64,000 bases of DNA from Stylophora pistillata. Taxonomy: Eukaryota. A program made the translations under genes and the position numbers. The notes below the pieces were generated by a model. It was not told the origin of the DNA and did no database searches. It saw only the letters and a list, made by a program, of their open reading frames with translations. Below are positions 25,701-36,702 of this stretch, piece by piece. The stretch's first letter is position 1. Each line of letters starts with the position of its first letter. The stretch covers positions 124,001-188,000 of the forward strand of contig NW_019218082.1 of assembly GCF_002571385.2 (NCBI RefSeq), given 5' to 3'.

Positions 25701-28304
25701 CCATTGCTCCACCCCAGATAACACCCCCACGTTAAGCAACCATATTCAGGGGCGTCTGTTTAAGCGATCAGTGGAGGAATATCCCTCTGAAACCGAAGAG
25801 CAAAAATTCGAGGAGGAAGAAGAAGAACATAATGAGCCGAACATGGATGAAGAAGAAAAGCTTGTCATGTCGCCGACCGGGGACGAAAAAGAAGATGGAA
25901 TTGAAATTCCTTCGGAAGAAAACATCTCGAGTTTGAAGAAAAGAGTTCAAGTTCTTGAAAATACAGTAGCAAACATGGCTAACACTTTGGCCAGATTAGA
26001 AGACGCATTTAACAGTCTTCAAAAACGGGTGAGTGCCTGTCCTGAGAAGTTGTGTAAGAGCTGATTCTAAGCACCATAATGAGAAAAGTATCATGCGTAT
26101 TATACGCGTGTTAAACGTCTAAAAGACGTGTGCATCAAGTCATGATTTGAACCAAGATTGCGTCCGTCCCCTGCTTGGCCCGTAAACGTGTGAATTTAGT
26201 ATTAGACTTAGTGCTTCATCAAAATTAGGGTTTTTTTTAAAAAATCCAATTGGCCATCATCTTAAAACGTATCAGTTGAGATGTTTTATCCGTTTGTGAC
26301 AAGCGTGGAACAAAGAAAAAATTCTAATGTCCTACGAGGAATCGAAACTCAAACCTTCGGATTCCGCGCCTTGACGTTGTGCAATTGAGCCGCCGAGACT
26401 TAATGGTGGGTAAGGCCACTTCAAGGTTCAAATGTTATACGCCTCGTGTGAGTCATTAGAATAGGATGGCAAATTATAAGCTCTATGATGAAGTTTAGAA
26501 AGATGATTTTTCGTGTTCTCCTGATCGTGTCAGAAAGAAAAAAAAAAGGGTTCAAGCGTTCTCAGTTTTGGCAAATAAGACGGCAAGCGAGTGAAAGTTG
26601 GAATATTGAATAGTTTTGTACTTAAAATATTACTGCCCGTTTTACTTGTAATAGAAAATTTAAACTGATTTGTTGATTTTTTTTTAAACAGGTGGGAGAA
26701 ACTAAAGAAAAAACAACAACGAAAGAAAAAAGAGGTTGTGGAGTTGTTCAAGGCATAGCTCGTCAAGAGGGTGAAACGTGGCAAAAAGATGTTTGTACTC
26801 GTTGTTCATGCAAAGTAAGTGACTTTGTTTTCGTTATCTTCAAATTCAGAGCAATCACTTTATTGTGTGATGCAGAAGACCCTCCTCATCTTCTGTTTTT
26901 GCTGGTATTGCTGTGTAATCTTCTGTTTTTGCTGGTATTGCTGTGTAGTTTGAAAATGTTCTTCTGGACTCCTGTATTTGCCGTGATTTGCGGTTCGTCT
27001 AAAACTTTTCTAGGTATTACCATCTGTACTTGATTTAATTATTAATTTATTGATTTATTGATTTAATCGCTTCGCCAACCGGCAGGGACACCGCAACAGC
27101 TTGCGCCAATTACTGCGGACCCAATAAACCCACCCATCCCACCCCGGCAGGAGACGGGACCTCCATTTATTCGTCCCTATCCGAGAAGACTAGAATATCT
27201 AACTATTTCTTGATGTTATGGAAAGGCAGCAAATTGTTCTCAATTATTTTAAGACCCTGAGTGTTGGACCGGCCGGGGCTCGAACCCTCGACCTCCCGCA
27301 CAACAGTCCAGCGCTCTATTCATTGAGCTAACCGGGAGGCGGTTCATATTATGTGCTACTCTACCTTTATAACGTGTTATTTATATGACACGAAGATGAT
27401 ATTTCATGGCCTCGCGTGGATGCGAATTATATCTTCGGATGATAGATAAACCCTCCGACCAGGGTGATTAAAGTCAGTTTAAGGTGATCATACACCAAGT
27501 TGTGACCTGTAAAGAGTAAACACCGCTTAAACTGAGAGGAAAAGGGAGGGAGCGGTGGGAGGGGATTTTCATTATGCTTGCAGATATCAAACTGGCATCA
27601 AAAGAAGTGAACCTTTGTTTTGTTTAGGACGGAGAAGTTCAGTGTAATGAAGAAATATGCAAAGAGGTTTTATGTGAGGAATATGACAAGGATGATAATG
27701 AATGCTGCCCGCGTTGTGTAGGTAAGTTGGAAAAAAATTAAAAAAAAGGATTGAGTTTTCTTTTTATAAGGAGAGGTTTGTAGGTAAGCGATCCTTGTCT
27801 TTCAGATAGGCTGTCAATTCTAAACGGTGTGAGGCTAGTCATAACCTTATCGTGAAAATTCGTCAAAATTGTTAAATCCGCCGAGCTGCTTTTGACTAAT
27901 ATTCGTCAAAACCGTTAATTCTTCGCTTTGACGAATTTGTCTAAAACTCGCCAAAAATCGTCAAATCCATGAACATTCACTCGGTTTCACGAAATTTCGT
28001 CAAACCTGCCAGTTTCGTTATTACGTGCGTTCCTGGACACAAGTATCTTTATTGTGATGAATCGTTTACAACTTTACTTCACGCTGTGATAGAGGAATAG
28101 TATATCAAAGAGCTTTTACTTAAAACACAAACACCAAAACAAATGAACAAGTGGCCAGGTCTGTGTTTACAGCAATTTACTTTATGACTGAAGAGAAGAC
28201 AAAACCGTGGAGCGAGCGATCTATTTACAACCTTATCAGTCCTTTCTGTAAACGTTTGTTTAAGAAATTACTGTATTTAATATTTCATTCCTTTGATAGA
28301 GTGA
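6376..28304 (+). CDS. PXDN: Peroxidasin (signal peptide, LRRNT, 5 LRR exons, LRRCT, 4 Ig I-set, heme peroxidase, coiled coil, vWC), about 1508 aa, 18 coding exons
   Basis: Exons: 6376-6584, 14490-14561, 14684-14755, 15825-15896, 16562-16633, 16757-16828, 17954-18114, 18708-18989, 19272-19544, 19888-20163, 20420-20689, 21594-23258, 23751-23988, 24784-24992, 25667-26028, 26692-26814, 27628-27721, 28300-28304. All GT-AG, phases consistent, total 4527 nt. Motifs: [35 protein letters not shown] (distal His), DFRANEQ, AAFRFGH (proximal His), [13 protein letters not shown], vWC CTRCSC and CCPRC. The last 5-nt exon and the 25667 acceptor are the least certain. Confidence 0.95.
9222..9428. mobile_element. 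About 210-bp MITE family with TTAACCC...GGGTTAA-like ends (piggyBac-like); other copies at about 11037-11249, 12669-12878, 30243-30445, 36806-37018, 51829-52040
   Basis: Shared core atttctcctt-caatatca...gagaataaag-aaat...aaattctcc...gtatggag and termini ending (a/g)gggttaa or close variants in either orientation. Confidence 0.75.
9590..10626. mobile_element. Tc1/pogo-like non-autonomous element (taagcgcc subterminal repeats) containing a nested 5'-truncated LINE at about 9870-10290
   Basis: Ends ccgtgatga...tcattacggta with repeated taagcgcc motifs at both ends. The interior translates on + as REDACVTFF...DPL**LLP...RPYALR...RSHRFGNF (LINE ORF2 C-terminus), followed by aataaa and a (TTA)n tail. 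Confidence 0.55.
10783..10818 (-). mobile_element. 36-bp ultra-short Penelope-like insertion
   Basis: gctgatagtttctaaagaaactgtttggg matches the end of the 5508-5655 element; flanked by 9-bp duplication GGAATTCTG (10774-10782, 10819-10827). Confidence 0.6.
14780..15149. mobile_element. MITE with TIR agggaccttaag-aaccacgacggcgac (second copy at 61093-61349)
   Basis: Inverted ends accacgacggcgac / gtcgccgacgtggt and shared interior gattaaaaaatgaattt...tcaaaaatggctgca...tctcatacag...gcacgtgctgagctat. Confidence 0.8.
15225..15778 (-). mobile_element. CORE-type tRNA SINE split by a MITE insertion (about 15408-15640)
   Basis: Head at 15710-15775 (antisense tggttagagtg...ggttcgagacc), CORE-like ctcacaatgcccctctctccacccag, tail tcgcttcatgccacggaaaccaggataagc; homologous to the 36075-36350 copy. 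Confidence 0.65.
16170..16531 (-). mobile_element. tRNA-derived SINE, family A copy 2 (PXDN intron 4)
   Basis: High identity to 4600-4958; its head ends about 30 nt before the acceptor at 16561. Confidence 0.85.
17452..17602. mobile_element. MITE with TIR ggccccggttgttc and internal tatcc/ggata repeats
   Basis: ggccccggttgttcgaa ... ttgaacaaccggagcc inverted ends; repeated tatccNNtggata units. Confidence 0.75.
25217..25290. repeat. 11-bp tandem repeat (caacgtgtcac-like, about 6 units) inside a dispersed element
   Basis: caacgtgtcac gcaacgtatcac gcaatatgtcac gcaatatgtcac acaacgtgtcat acaacgtgtcac. Confidence 0.7.
27035..27344 (-). mobile_element. tRNA-derived SINE, family A copy 3 with internal deletion
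   Basis: Same sequence as copies 1 and 2 but lacks the aggggaggacatcc...cccct segment. Confidence 0.85.
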
Positions 28305-29790
28305 AACTGTCAGCTTCGTTTTTCAAGTGTGTCATGGTGCATCAGCGGTCACCTATGCAGTTACCATGGAAACTCTCTGGTCTCTTATAGTAGCTAAAGA
28401 AAGGCTATAAGTGAGATTGAACTAACTCAAGCGACCACTCAGGCGGACTCAGGCGTTTATTTTAACAGTACATTCATTACTTGCTTGCAATATGCTGCGA
28501 TGCCATAGGCAGATATATTTCTTCTTTAAGGGAAATCTTAGGAGTTTTTATGAGATCAGATAACATAAATTGCGACGCTGTTTTGCTAAATCATGATGAT
28601 GTTTTTGACGATACATTTTAACAATCAATTATATTTTGTAAATTTTTTCAATTCGTTTTTTTTATAAGATGTATACTTCGGGAATGATAATCATGTTTTC
28701 AAATTCTTTTTTCCGTTTTGTCATTTTTTTCTCTTGAATCAGTGAGATTTCAGTGGAGCTGCAATACTTTTTTCTCCCTTCGGTATATATACTGCGTGGG
28801 TTAATAGTGTTAATCGCGTGCGCTAATTGGCCAGCTGGGAAGTGATTATCAAAGGCTATCCTCCTCTGAGGTGACAAAATCGCGCTTCAAGAGTTTAATT
28901 CGCGATCATACTTCTAAACAAAACTAAGACTTTTTAGTGATTCTGTGGTACATACAAAAACAATTATTCCCCTCCGTGTGGGTAAGGGGTAGATATTCAC
29001 CTCTAGGCTTTGCAGCTGGGTAAATTTCCTCCATGTTTACCCTCTCTTCGTTGAATAACTGTGGACTGTAATCTAGTGCACGTATATCAAAGTCGTCTGT
29101 GTCAGAGACGCATTGAAGAGGTGCATTATGCGCACAGTCTTACAAGCATATCACCTGGGCACTGGTAAGCACTGCATGAGGACCATCATGTAAACACAGC
29201 CTTTGGTATACAAGCAAATTCTCATTGGCCCGGCTGGAAAAGCGGCAACCTTGAGCAGCGGGAAAGGCGCGCGTCTCGAGCTCGTTCCTCGACGTTTATG
29301 TCGCAGCACTGATTAAGAGCCTGCTCGCAAGGTGTTCTTAGAATACAGGCTACCATTATTTTAAGTTTACCAGGGTTAACTTATTCTGCAGAACAGTGGT
29401 CTTTTATTGCGTTTTTCGGATCAGCAGAGGTAAACGCAATGCGCGAGACGCGCAAAGTAGCCCCTCCCCTCGCGTGTAATTCGTTTACCACTCACGCTTG
29501 ACTCACATTAAATTTTGTCCCTGCTCGCCCTGCGCTGTTCTCCCCCTACCCACAGGCTAAATTAATAGATCGTCTATTCTGTCATATTCGTCTTGTATTT
29601 CTCTCCTACCTGAGACGCGTTACGCATTTCCAAAATTGACCCAATAGACGTGCCTAAATATGGCCAACTACTTTGAAATTCCGAATGAAAGGAAAGCTTA
29701 CCAGTTGGAAGGTCGGTTTTTGGGACGAGCTTTTCCTTTTCCCAAAACGGACCTCATGTCATATGAGAAATACAATTACACATATTTTTC

Positions 29791-29932
29791 TTATTAACCA
29801 AGTGCGAGGGCCGTACTGGGAGAATATCGGCCCGAGGTCTAGACAGCACGGACCGAGCGCAGCGAGGTCCGTACAAAAAAGACCGAGGGCCGATATTCTT
29901 CCAGTACGGTCCCGAGCAAGCTTGGTTAATAA
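29791..29932. mobile_element. Palindromic MITE ttattaacc...ggttaataa (related copy at 51455-51586 in an eIF3e intron)
   Basis: Nested inverted repeats ccgtactgg/ccagtacgg, aatatcggccc/gggccgatatt, cggacc/ggtccg around a central cgagcgcagcgag. Confidence 0.8.
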
Positions 29933-31919
29933 GAGATTTATTATACGACTGAATTTCAAAGGGACACAAGTGCGGTATCATCCGGGACAGTGCCCGGTCC
30001 AATACTGAGAGAATATTGACCGGTAATAGAGCATTTTGATTGGCTGATTTTAGTTATTGGCCCTCTGACAGCCCGAGTCGTGTAATAAATAGGGTTTACT
30101 ACTTCTCATGTGTCACGTGTTTCAAACGTTTCATGCAGTTTTGTTTGATTGAAAAATATCATTAAGTTATTTTTTCAATGACTCGTTACCATGGGCTTTT
30201 TAATTCTTGTAAGCATAGGACATCAGAGTCAACTCTTAGCCATTAAGCCCCCTTGATCTCATCAGTAATTCTCCTTACCGTCTGCCATACAATTGTTGAT
30301 GTTTGTTTGGAGAATTTGGTATTGGATCAACTAATAATCCCCTTATGGATATTTTGCTTTATTCTCATCACTTGTCTGCTAGATATTGTATTGATATTGT
30401 AAGGAGAAATTCTGTCTTGGTCATTCTTCGGGATTAAAGGGTTAAGAGAAAGACAATGAAATATTGACCAGAAAAATTCCTATATAAAAAAAAAACTTCG
30501 TCAATTTAAAGTTAGTTTCCTCTTTCACTGCAACCTAGACTTATTGCTCTGCTTTAGCTTACACCAGCTTTTCTATTTGCATAGAGTTGGAGAAATTAAG
30601 ATGTTTCAACATCAGTAAAATCTTTCATCTTGTGCCTAGGCAGGGTCTCCATTTCAAACAGGGGGCTTTTGGTTTAGAAATGACCTTTATTATAATCATG
30701 GAATCAAATGAAAGGTTGATTAAAATGGTTGGTACAATTACACAATAGCCTTTAATTTCCTTTACCTGTTGTTTACTTTGCAATTAATGAGCTCTGTATC
30801 TGAAATGAGTCATAACCCCCGACTCCGAAGAAAAAATATTATAAAAGGTGGGTGACTTCCAGTTCCTCTTGAGCTTTGCACCCAGATCCTTGGCAGTCCC
30901 ATAATCAGAGCTTTAACCAAGAGGCTAGCAGCCATGGCAGGATTTGGAAAGGAGATCAGGTTAGGGTCTGAAGCTAACTATTTTCCTCTCACCTTTGAAA
31001 AGCAAGTTCCAGAAAAAAAATTACCAGATTTATTTCTCAACAACACTCCTTTCTTCAGTAGCCAAAATAATTTGATTCTACTCCATTTTTTCATACAAAA
31101 TCACGCTCAGTAGTGTGGCTACTGTAACCAAGGTGGTTGTGATCAACTGACCAGTCTGATCTCATAAAACATGCCATGAATTACCATCCTTCTAAGTTCT
31201 TTGGTATCAACATTTGTCTTGCTCTCAAACACTGATTAGCATAACTAAATTTAATTGGCACCATTATTTGTTTTCTATGATATGATTTGTTAATTTTGTT
31301 GCAGTGTTGGGTGGGTGGGAGTTCCAGTACACTATAAGCAAAACTTACCAAAATCCTTTATCTAGAGAACTGTAAAAGGAATACTCTGGTCTTACAATTC
31401 AACAACCTTATGCTCTGAGACAACGGTAAATCATGATGCCATGCACCTTGAACAGGTAAAACCATAAATGCACAATAAATAGGCCATTCTCAGTGCAAAA
31501 TTAAACACCTTTAATAATAAGTTCTTTCCTTCAACAAGTTTTACAACAGTATTTGAAAAAATTCAGTGTTTCTTCAATAACCATAGATCTTTTCTGAGAT
31601 GAAAGTTCATCATACCTTAAAAATTTTAGGATTATAATTTAGCAAAGGGGAGGGTGTTGTCCAGCTTTTGGCTTTTTATTTGCAGTAGCAAGAAGTTTAG
31701 TGTTTTTATATAAATATCACTTTGACTAAAGGATGATGGCAAAACTTTACCGGCATACATGAACAAGCACACACCCCAAATAAATGCTGCATTTGAGACA
31801 GAAATTATAAGCTGTATGTCTCAGATTGGGCATTAACTCTAAGAATTCTTTCAAAAACTTCAATACATAAACAGTTGGATATCTTGAGTGTTAGTTGTCA
31901 CTATGTAATGCATGAAAGG

Positions 31920-32217
31920 CAGTGGCGGATCCAGGGGGAGGGTCCAGGGGTCCAGTCCCCCCTGACAGATCTGATGCTTACAACTTTGAAACTGAAATTC
32001 TTACAACAACAGAATCATATATCACTTTTTAACTGGCTGATCTTTTTAAAGAATCCAAGTAAACAGTAAGCGGCCAAGGAATTATAACGTGCAACCGCAA
32101 CTGGTGGGAGGGGGTGTGGGGGGAGAAGTAACTTAACTCAAAAGAGTCCAACAGTCCTTAATTTCTGAACCAAAGTTTGCACCCCCCCCCAATCAAAAAT
32201 TATTAGATCTGCCCCTG
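31920..32217. mobile_element. hAT-like MITE (TIR cagtggcggatc / gatctgcccctg)
   Basis: Inverted termini with G-run and C-run subtermini; imperfect 8-bp flanks atgaaagg / gtgaaaag. Confidence 0.6.
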
Positions 32218-32945
32218 GTGAAAAGTGTGTGATGCATCTCGGGTTTGGTTTGAGCATGATTTTGTTGGAATGGCAAATGTGTAAGTGTATTAAACTGTTG
32301 GATTAAGGTTGCAGTCCATAATATTAAGCCAATTCTTGAACAAACCACATAACCCACTTAAGAAACTCTTTCCATTAGTGAGGGAAGCCTACCACTTTAG
32401 GGACCACTGGATTGCTGGAGCTCAGAGACACAGAGCAAGAAGGGGTCAGCGAGACTGCAGTTGAGTGAAGAGACTACCCGTAAGGCAATTGAAAAATGCC
32501 TAGAAGAGATGGTGACAATAAAAAGACACCTCTAAAAACTACTGTAATTTAATTATACCAGGTAGAAAATGTATTGTTAAATCAAAAGATTTTTGACCCT
32601 ACCCCCCCCCCCCGGACCAATTTACGAATAAGCGCAGCCCACAGACGAGACATAGAATCAATGAAATAAATGATTAGCAATGAACCTCTCATTATTACCT
32701 TTGAATTAAAAGAGAGTTTTGTTGTACCCAATTTTTGAATAAGTGGTGCCCCCAATTCAATGCTACCCTAAAAAAGTTGTAAAAAGAAAAAGTACCATGG
32801 CTCTTACATACAGTATATGTGCCTTTGCATGTTGCCAGTCAGACTACCAAACGTTTTTTATTTTTAACCACCCATCCACTCAGAATTTCTGTTCCAGGGA
32901 GGTTTATGGAGACCCCCCTTCCCTCCAGAATTTACAGATTTTTTT

Positions 32946-33771
32946 NNNNNNNNNNNNNNNNNNNNNNNNNNNNNNNNNNNNNNNNNNNNNNNNNNNNNNN
33001 NNNNNNNNNNNNNNNNNNNNNNNNNNNNNNNNNNNNNNNNNNNNNNNNNNNNNNNNNNNNNNNNNNNNNNNNNNNNNNNNNNNNNNNNNNNNNNNNNNNN
33101 NNNNNNNNNNNNNNNNNNNNNNNNNNNNNNNNNNNNNNNNNNNNNNNNNNNNNNNNNNNNNNNNNNNNNNNNNNNNNNNNNNNNNNNNNNNNNNNNNNNN
33201 NNNNNNNNNNNNNNNNNNNNNNNNNNNNNNNNNNNNNNNNNNNNNNNNNNNNNNNNNNNNNNNNNNNNNNNNNNNNNNNNNNNNNNNNNNNNNNNNNNNN
33301 NNNNNNNNNNNNNNNNNNNNNNNNNNNNNNNNNNNNNNNNNNNNNNNNNNNNNNNNNNNNNNNNNNNNNNNNNNNNNNNNNNNNNNNNNNNNNNNNNNNN
33401 NNNNNNNNNNNNNNNNNNNNNNNNNNNNNNNNNNNNNNNNNNNNNNNNNNNNNNNNNNNNNNNNNNNNNNNNNNNNNNNNNNNNNNNNNNNNNNNNNNNN
33501 NNNNNNNNNNNNNNNNNNNNNNNNNNNNNNNNNNNNNNNNNNNNNNNNNNNNNNNNNNNNNNNNNNNNNNNNNNNNNNNNNNNNNNNNNNNNNNNNNNNN
33601 NNNNNNNNNNNNNNNNNNNNNNNNNNNNNNNNNNNNNNNNNNNNNNNNNNNNNNNNNNNNNNNNNNNNNNNNNNNNNNNNNNNNNNNNNNNNNNNNNNNN
33701 NNNNNNNNNNNNNNNNNNNNNNNNNNNNNNNNNNNNNNNNNNNNNNNNNNNNNNNNNNNNNNNNNNNNNNN
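32946..33771. other. Assembly gap
   Basis: Run of N. Confidence 1.
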
Positions 33772-34556
33772 CATTTTATATTTGGAAAATTAACAGCTTA
33801 GGCAAGTGAGTACTCAGTGATCCTTGCCATTTTCAAAGTGAAAATTATAGCTGCTATCTTTAATTTTAATGGAAGCAGAAGGCTAGGGAGATAAGGAAAT
33901 TTGTACCAAGGGAGAGGGGAAGTAACAGTGAAAAAATAAGGAGGGGGTGAGGGTGGCCAGTTGAATAAATGATTGCGTGCTTCTTAACATTAACTGGCCT
34001 TAATAAGACACCTGCACTACAGGCTACTGAAAACACATTCCTATAATTTTGACAGTGACTTTGAGCTGAACCCACCCATAGTTAGAAATGATTGTAAAGT
34101 TTTGTCTGATATTTGAGATATTTAAACCATATTTCATGAACAATAGACTAAACATGCTTCATTTCTTCTAAATTCAATCACAATCATTATGATAGTTTAA
34201 AATGCAAACTGCAATGCTGAACAGTCACACTCAAGTCACTAAAATGTTGTCACAGACAGGACTTCTTTAAGCACCAGGTCAAATAATGTAAAAAATCTTA
34301 AGTATCATGTTATGTTCTATTATGCATGGAATACAAGATAGTTGGACTCACAATATTTACATGAACATTAACATTTATTTTTACCTATTATCATACTTTG
34401 TATACATGTTCTCATGATCTACCAAGTTACCATAACTACTACCACCACTACTTTAATTAAAGCAACATGATCTCATAAACAAGCCTACGATGTATTATTT
34501 TGATTGTATGTTCTCATGACATCCAAGTTTTCATTTGATCATTTAGTCTTCCTTGT

Positions 34557-35333
34557 TTACCCTTCATGGTTCTCATCCACTGGCTCTGGATTTGTTCTGC
34601 CCATCGCATCATCAATATTTTGCCCGTCTACCTCCCTTCCATCATCACGTATATTTCCTTCAGCCACATCAATAACAATAGCACCCTCCCTCAAATCAAC
34701 ATCACTTTTAGTCCCCATTTCAGGAAAAATGCTCATATGACTGCACACACGCTCATTACATTTCAAAAATGGCCTCCTACCCCCTCGACCGCGAGAGAAA
34801 CCGCCACGCCCACGCACCCCTCCCCTTCCCAGGAACCCACGAGGGGAATTTGCGCGGCCCCGAGCAGGAAAAGGACCGATACCGCAGCCATATACTTCTA
34901 AGAAATCATCAGTACCCCCTTGTTCTGAGACAGGTCGAAACGGCAGTGGAACCGGGCGACTTGTAGGAGAACATGCACGAAACCCGCCGAATCCTCGAGA
35001 ACCGAATCCAAAACCTCGATTTGCTCCAGGAAATGGAACTAAAGGGGAAAAATTTGATCGAGCCATGAAACCTCGAGGAGAAAAACCGCCTCTTGGAAAA
35101 GAAACATTTAATGCCTCACAGCTTCTTCCTCGGTGAGAAAAACCGCTTCTTGAACAGGGAAGATGATCCCACGGCCTTGAAGGCGGATCCCGATCTTCAC
35201 GAAAACCTCTAGGATCGCATTTTGGACATGAAACGATTTCTCCGCACTCCACACATCGGAAGCAGATTGCCTCCAATCGCTCGTTGCAGTTTCTGCAGTG
35301 CTGTAGATTCTCTTTGCTGAAAACGACAACCAT
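34557..35333 (-). CDS. Intronless 258-aa protein: degenerate ZZ-type zinc finger, RG/RGF-rich low-complexity region, LIR-like and SIM-like motifs
   Basis: ACA-ATG-G at 35333 opens a 777-nt ORF. Features: CRNC-x10-CVEC-x5-CPKC, 13 RG dipeptides, GGTDDFLEV, AIVIDVAE. TATAAA lies 105 nt upstream of the ATG and AATAAA about 180 nt after the stop (34379-34374). Confidence 0.7.
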   Translation of the reverse strand: MVVVFSKENLQHCRNCNERLEAICFRCVECGEIVSCPKCDPRGFREDRDPPSRPWDHLPCSRSGFSHRGRSCEALNVSFPRGGFSPRGFMARSNFSPLVPFPGANRGFGFGSRGFGGFRACSPTSRPVPLPFRPVSEQGGTDDFLEVYGCGIGPFPARGRANSPRGFLGRGGVRGRGGFSRGRGGRRPFLKCNERVCSHMSIFPEMGTKSDVDLREGAIVIDVAEGNIRDDGREVDGQNIDDAMGRTNPEPVDENHEG

Positions 35334-35437
35334 TGTTACTTCTTTCAAATACTATCCAAATCCTCTTCGCAGCAGCTTTGTTAGCTTCAAAATCCAGTAG
35401 AATTCTAGTATGAAACTCTAGCAAAGACCCTCGCGCA

Positions 35438-35526
35438 TTTATATCTTTGATTTACAGCGCTTGCGCAATCATCATAGCGTGACGATGCAGTTCTAAACCA
35501 GTTCGGCTACGTCAGCGTTCTAAGAA
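35438..35526 (-). promoter_or_regulatory. Putative core promoter of the ZZ/RG gene: TATA box with C/EBP, CRE-half and GAS-like sites
   Basis: TATAAA 35443-35438, TTGCGCAAT 35461-35469, TGACGTA (antisense) about 35508-35514, TTCTAAGAA 35518-35526. Confidence 0.5.
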
Positions 35527-35549
35527 TAGACATTACATAACCATTAGAT

Positions 35550-36030
35550 TACATCATATCTGGACCCCTGACACCCACACATATTGCTGAGCAAGGGTTG
35601 TGAGTATAAACGTAAAGTATAGAGTAGGAAAGTCTACATCATTGTTGTTTTTAAACTTGAACTGTTCCACAGTTTGTATTGCTTCTGAATGCGAAACGTC
35701 CCAAATTCTATTCCTTTTCTGACCCCACCTTGGCAAGGGCACATTTGGACATTTGTATCTTGCTGTCGGCAACTTCGACGTTTGTATTCGATGGGTTCAT
35801 AGCCTGTGAGCTCGCTCACATTGGCTTTGACAGGACAGCAAACCCGGCGAGACTCGAGCCGGTCAGTGAAGCAAGCGTGCGGGAGTTTGGTGAAATGTCA
35901 TTTTTGTTCCAGAACTCTTGCAGACCTCTTGCACTCTTACACAGCTTGCGTGCTTGCCACTGACGTGTCACAGCATCAACGAGAGCCTGTTCTGAAGCTA
36001 ATAGCTTCAAAATTTAGTCGACTTCTTTGG
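35550..36030 (-). pseudogene. Probable decayed tandem paralog of the ZZ/RG gene
   Basis: 36002-36026 matches the 5' UTR segment 35382-35406 at 21/25 nt. A downstream frame reads CKRSARVLEQK* against CRNCNERLEAIC. Stops occur in all frames. Confidence 0.35.
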
Positions 36031-36074
36031 AAAAAACGTTCTTCAGGCCCAGTAGCAAGACAAGCTGGCAGGCT

Positions 36075-36350
36075 CTATAGCCAAATGGTCAGTGCACTGG
36101 ACTCCGAATGGAGAGGTCCAAGTTTGAGACTTGGTCAGGTCAATGTCTTGTGTTCTTGGGCAAAACGCTTTACTCTCGCAGTGCCTTTCTCCACCCTGGA
36201 CTATAAATAAGTACCCTCATGAATTGCTGGGGGGGGGGGTAATCTTGCAATGAACCAGCATCCCATCTGGGGGCGGTAGTGGCATTGATTGTTGCTCCAT
36301 GCCGCTTGAAAACCGCGGTAAGCTCCAGTTAGGTGCGCTAATGGGCTCAG
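36075..36350 (+). mobile_element. CORE-type tRNA SINE
   Basis: Degenerate A/B boxes followed by tgtgttcttgggcaaaacgctttactctcgcagtgcctttctccaccctgga...tataaat. Confidence 0.7.
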
Positions 36351-36540
36351 TGTCGGTGGCTAACAATGAGTATTTACCTTGACCCTTCACAGCTCAATAA
36401 ATATTCTCTACTAGCTGCAACATTGAAGGGAATAATTGTTAATTTTAGACCAAATGCTTGTCCCATGAGGTTCAATAACTCACTTTAAATCTAACCACCA
36501 TGATTGCATACTCAGTTTGTTTGTGATCAGGCCTATTTTC

Positions 36541-36702
36541 TATGGAGTGCCATTACCGCCAATATTCAGCTACTGTATTTTTATAAAATGGTGCTTCAGA
36601 TATGAAGCCAATCATGTTTTATGCAGCTAATCATATCTCAGTTAACCACCATTTTATAAAAAAAAAACAGTAGCTGAATATTGGCGGTAATGGCACCCCA
36701 TA
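36541..36702. mobile_element. Palindromic MITE with about 45-bp TIR
   Basis: gtgccattaccgccaatattcagctactg...ttttataaaatggtg versus caccattttataaaa...cagtagctgaatattggcggtaatggcac. Confidence 0.8.

Noticed and set aside
32743-33801. Long ORFs at 32743, 32819, 32932 and 39457
   Set aside because: They are open only because they run through N gaps.
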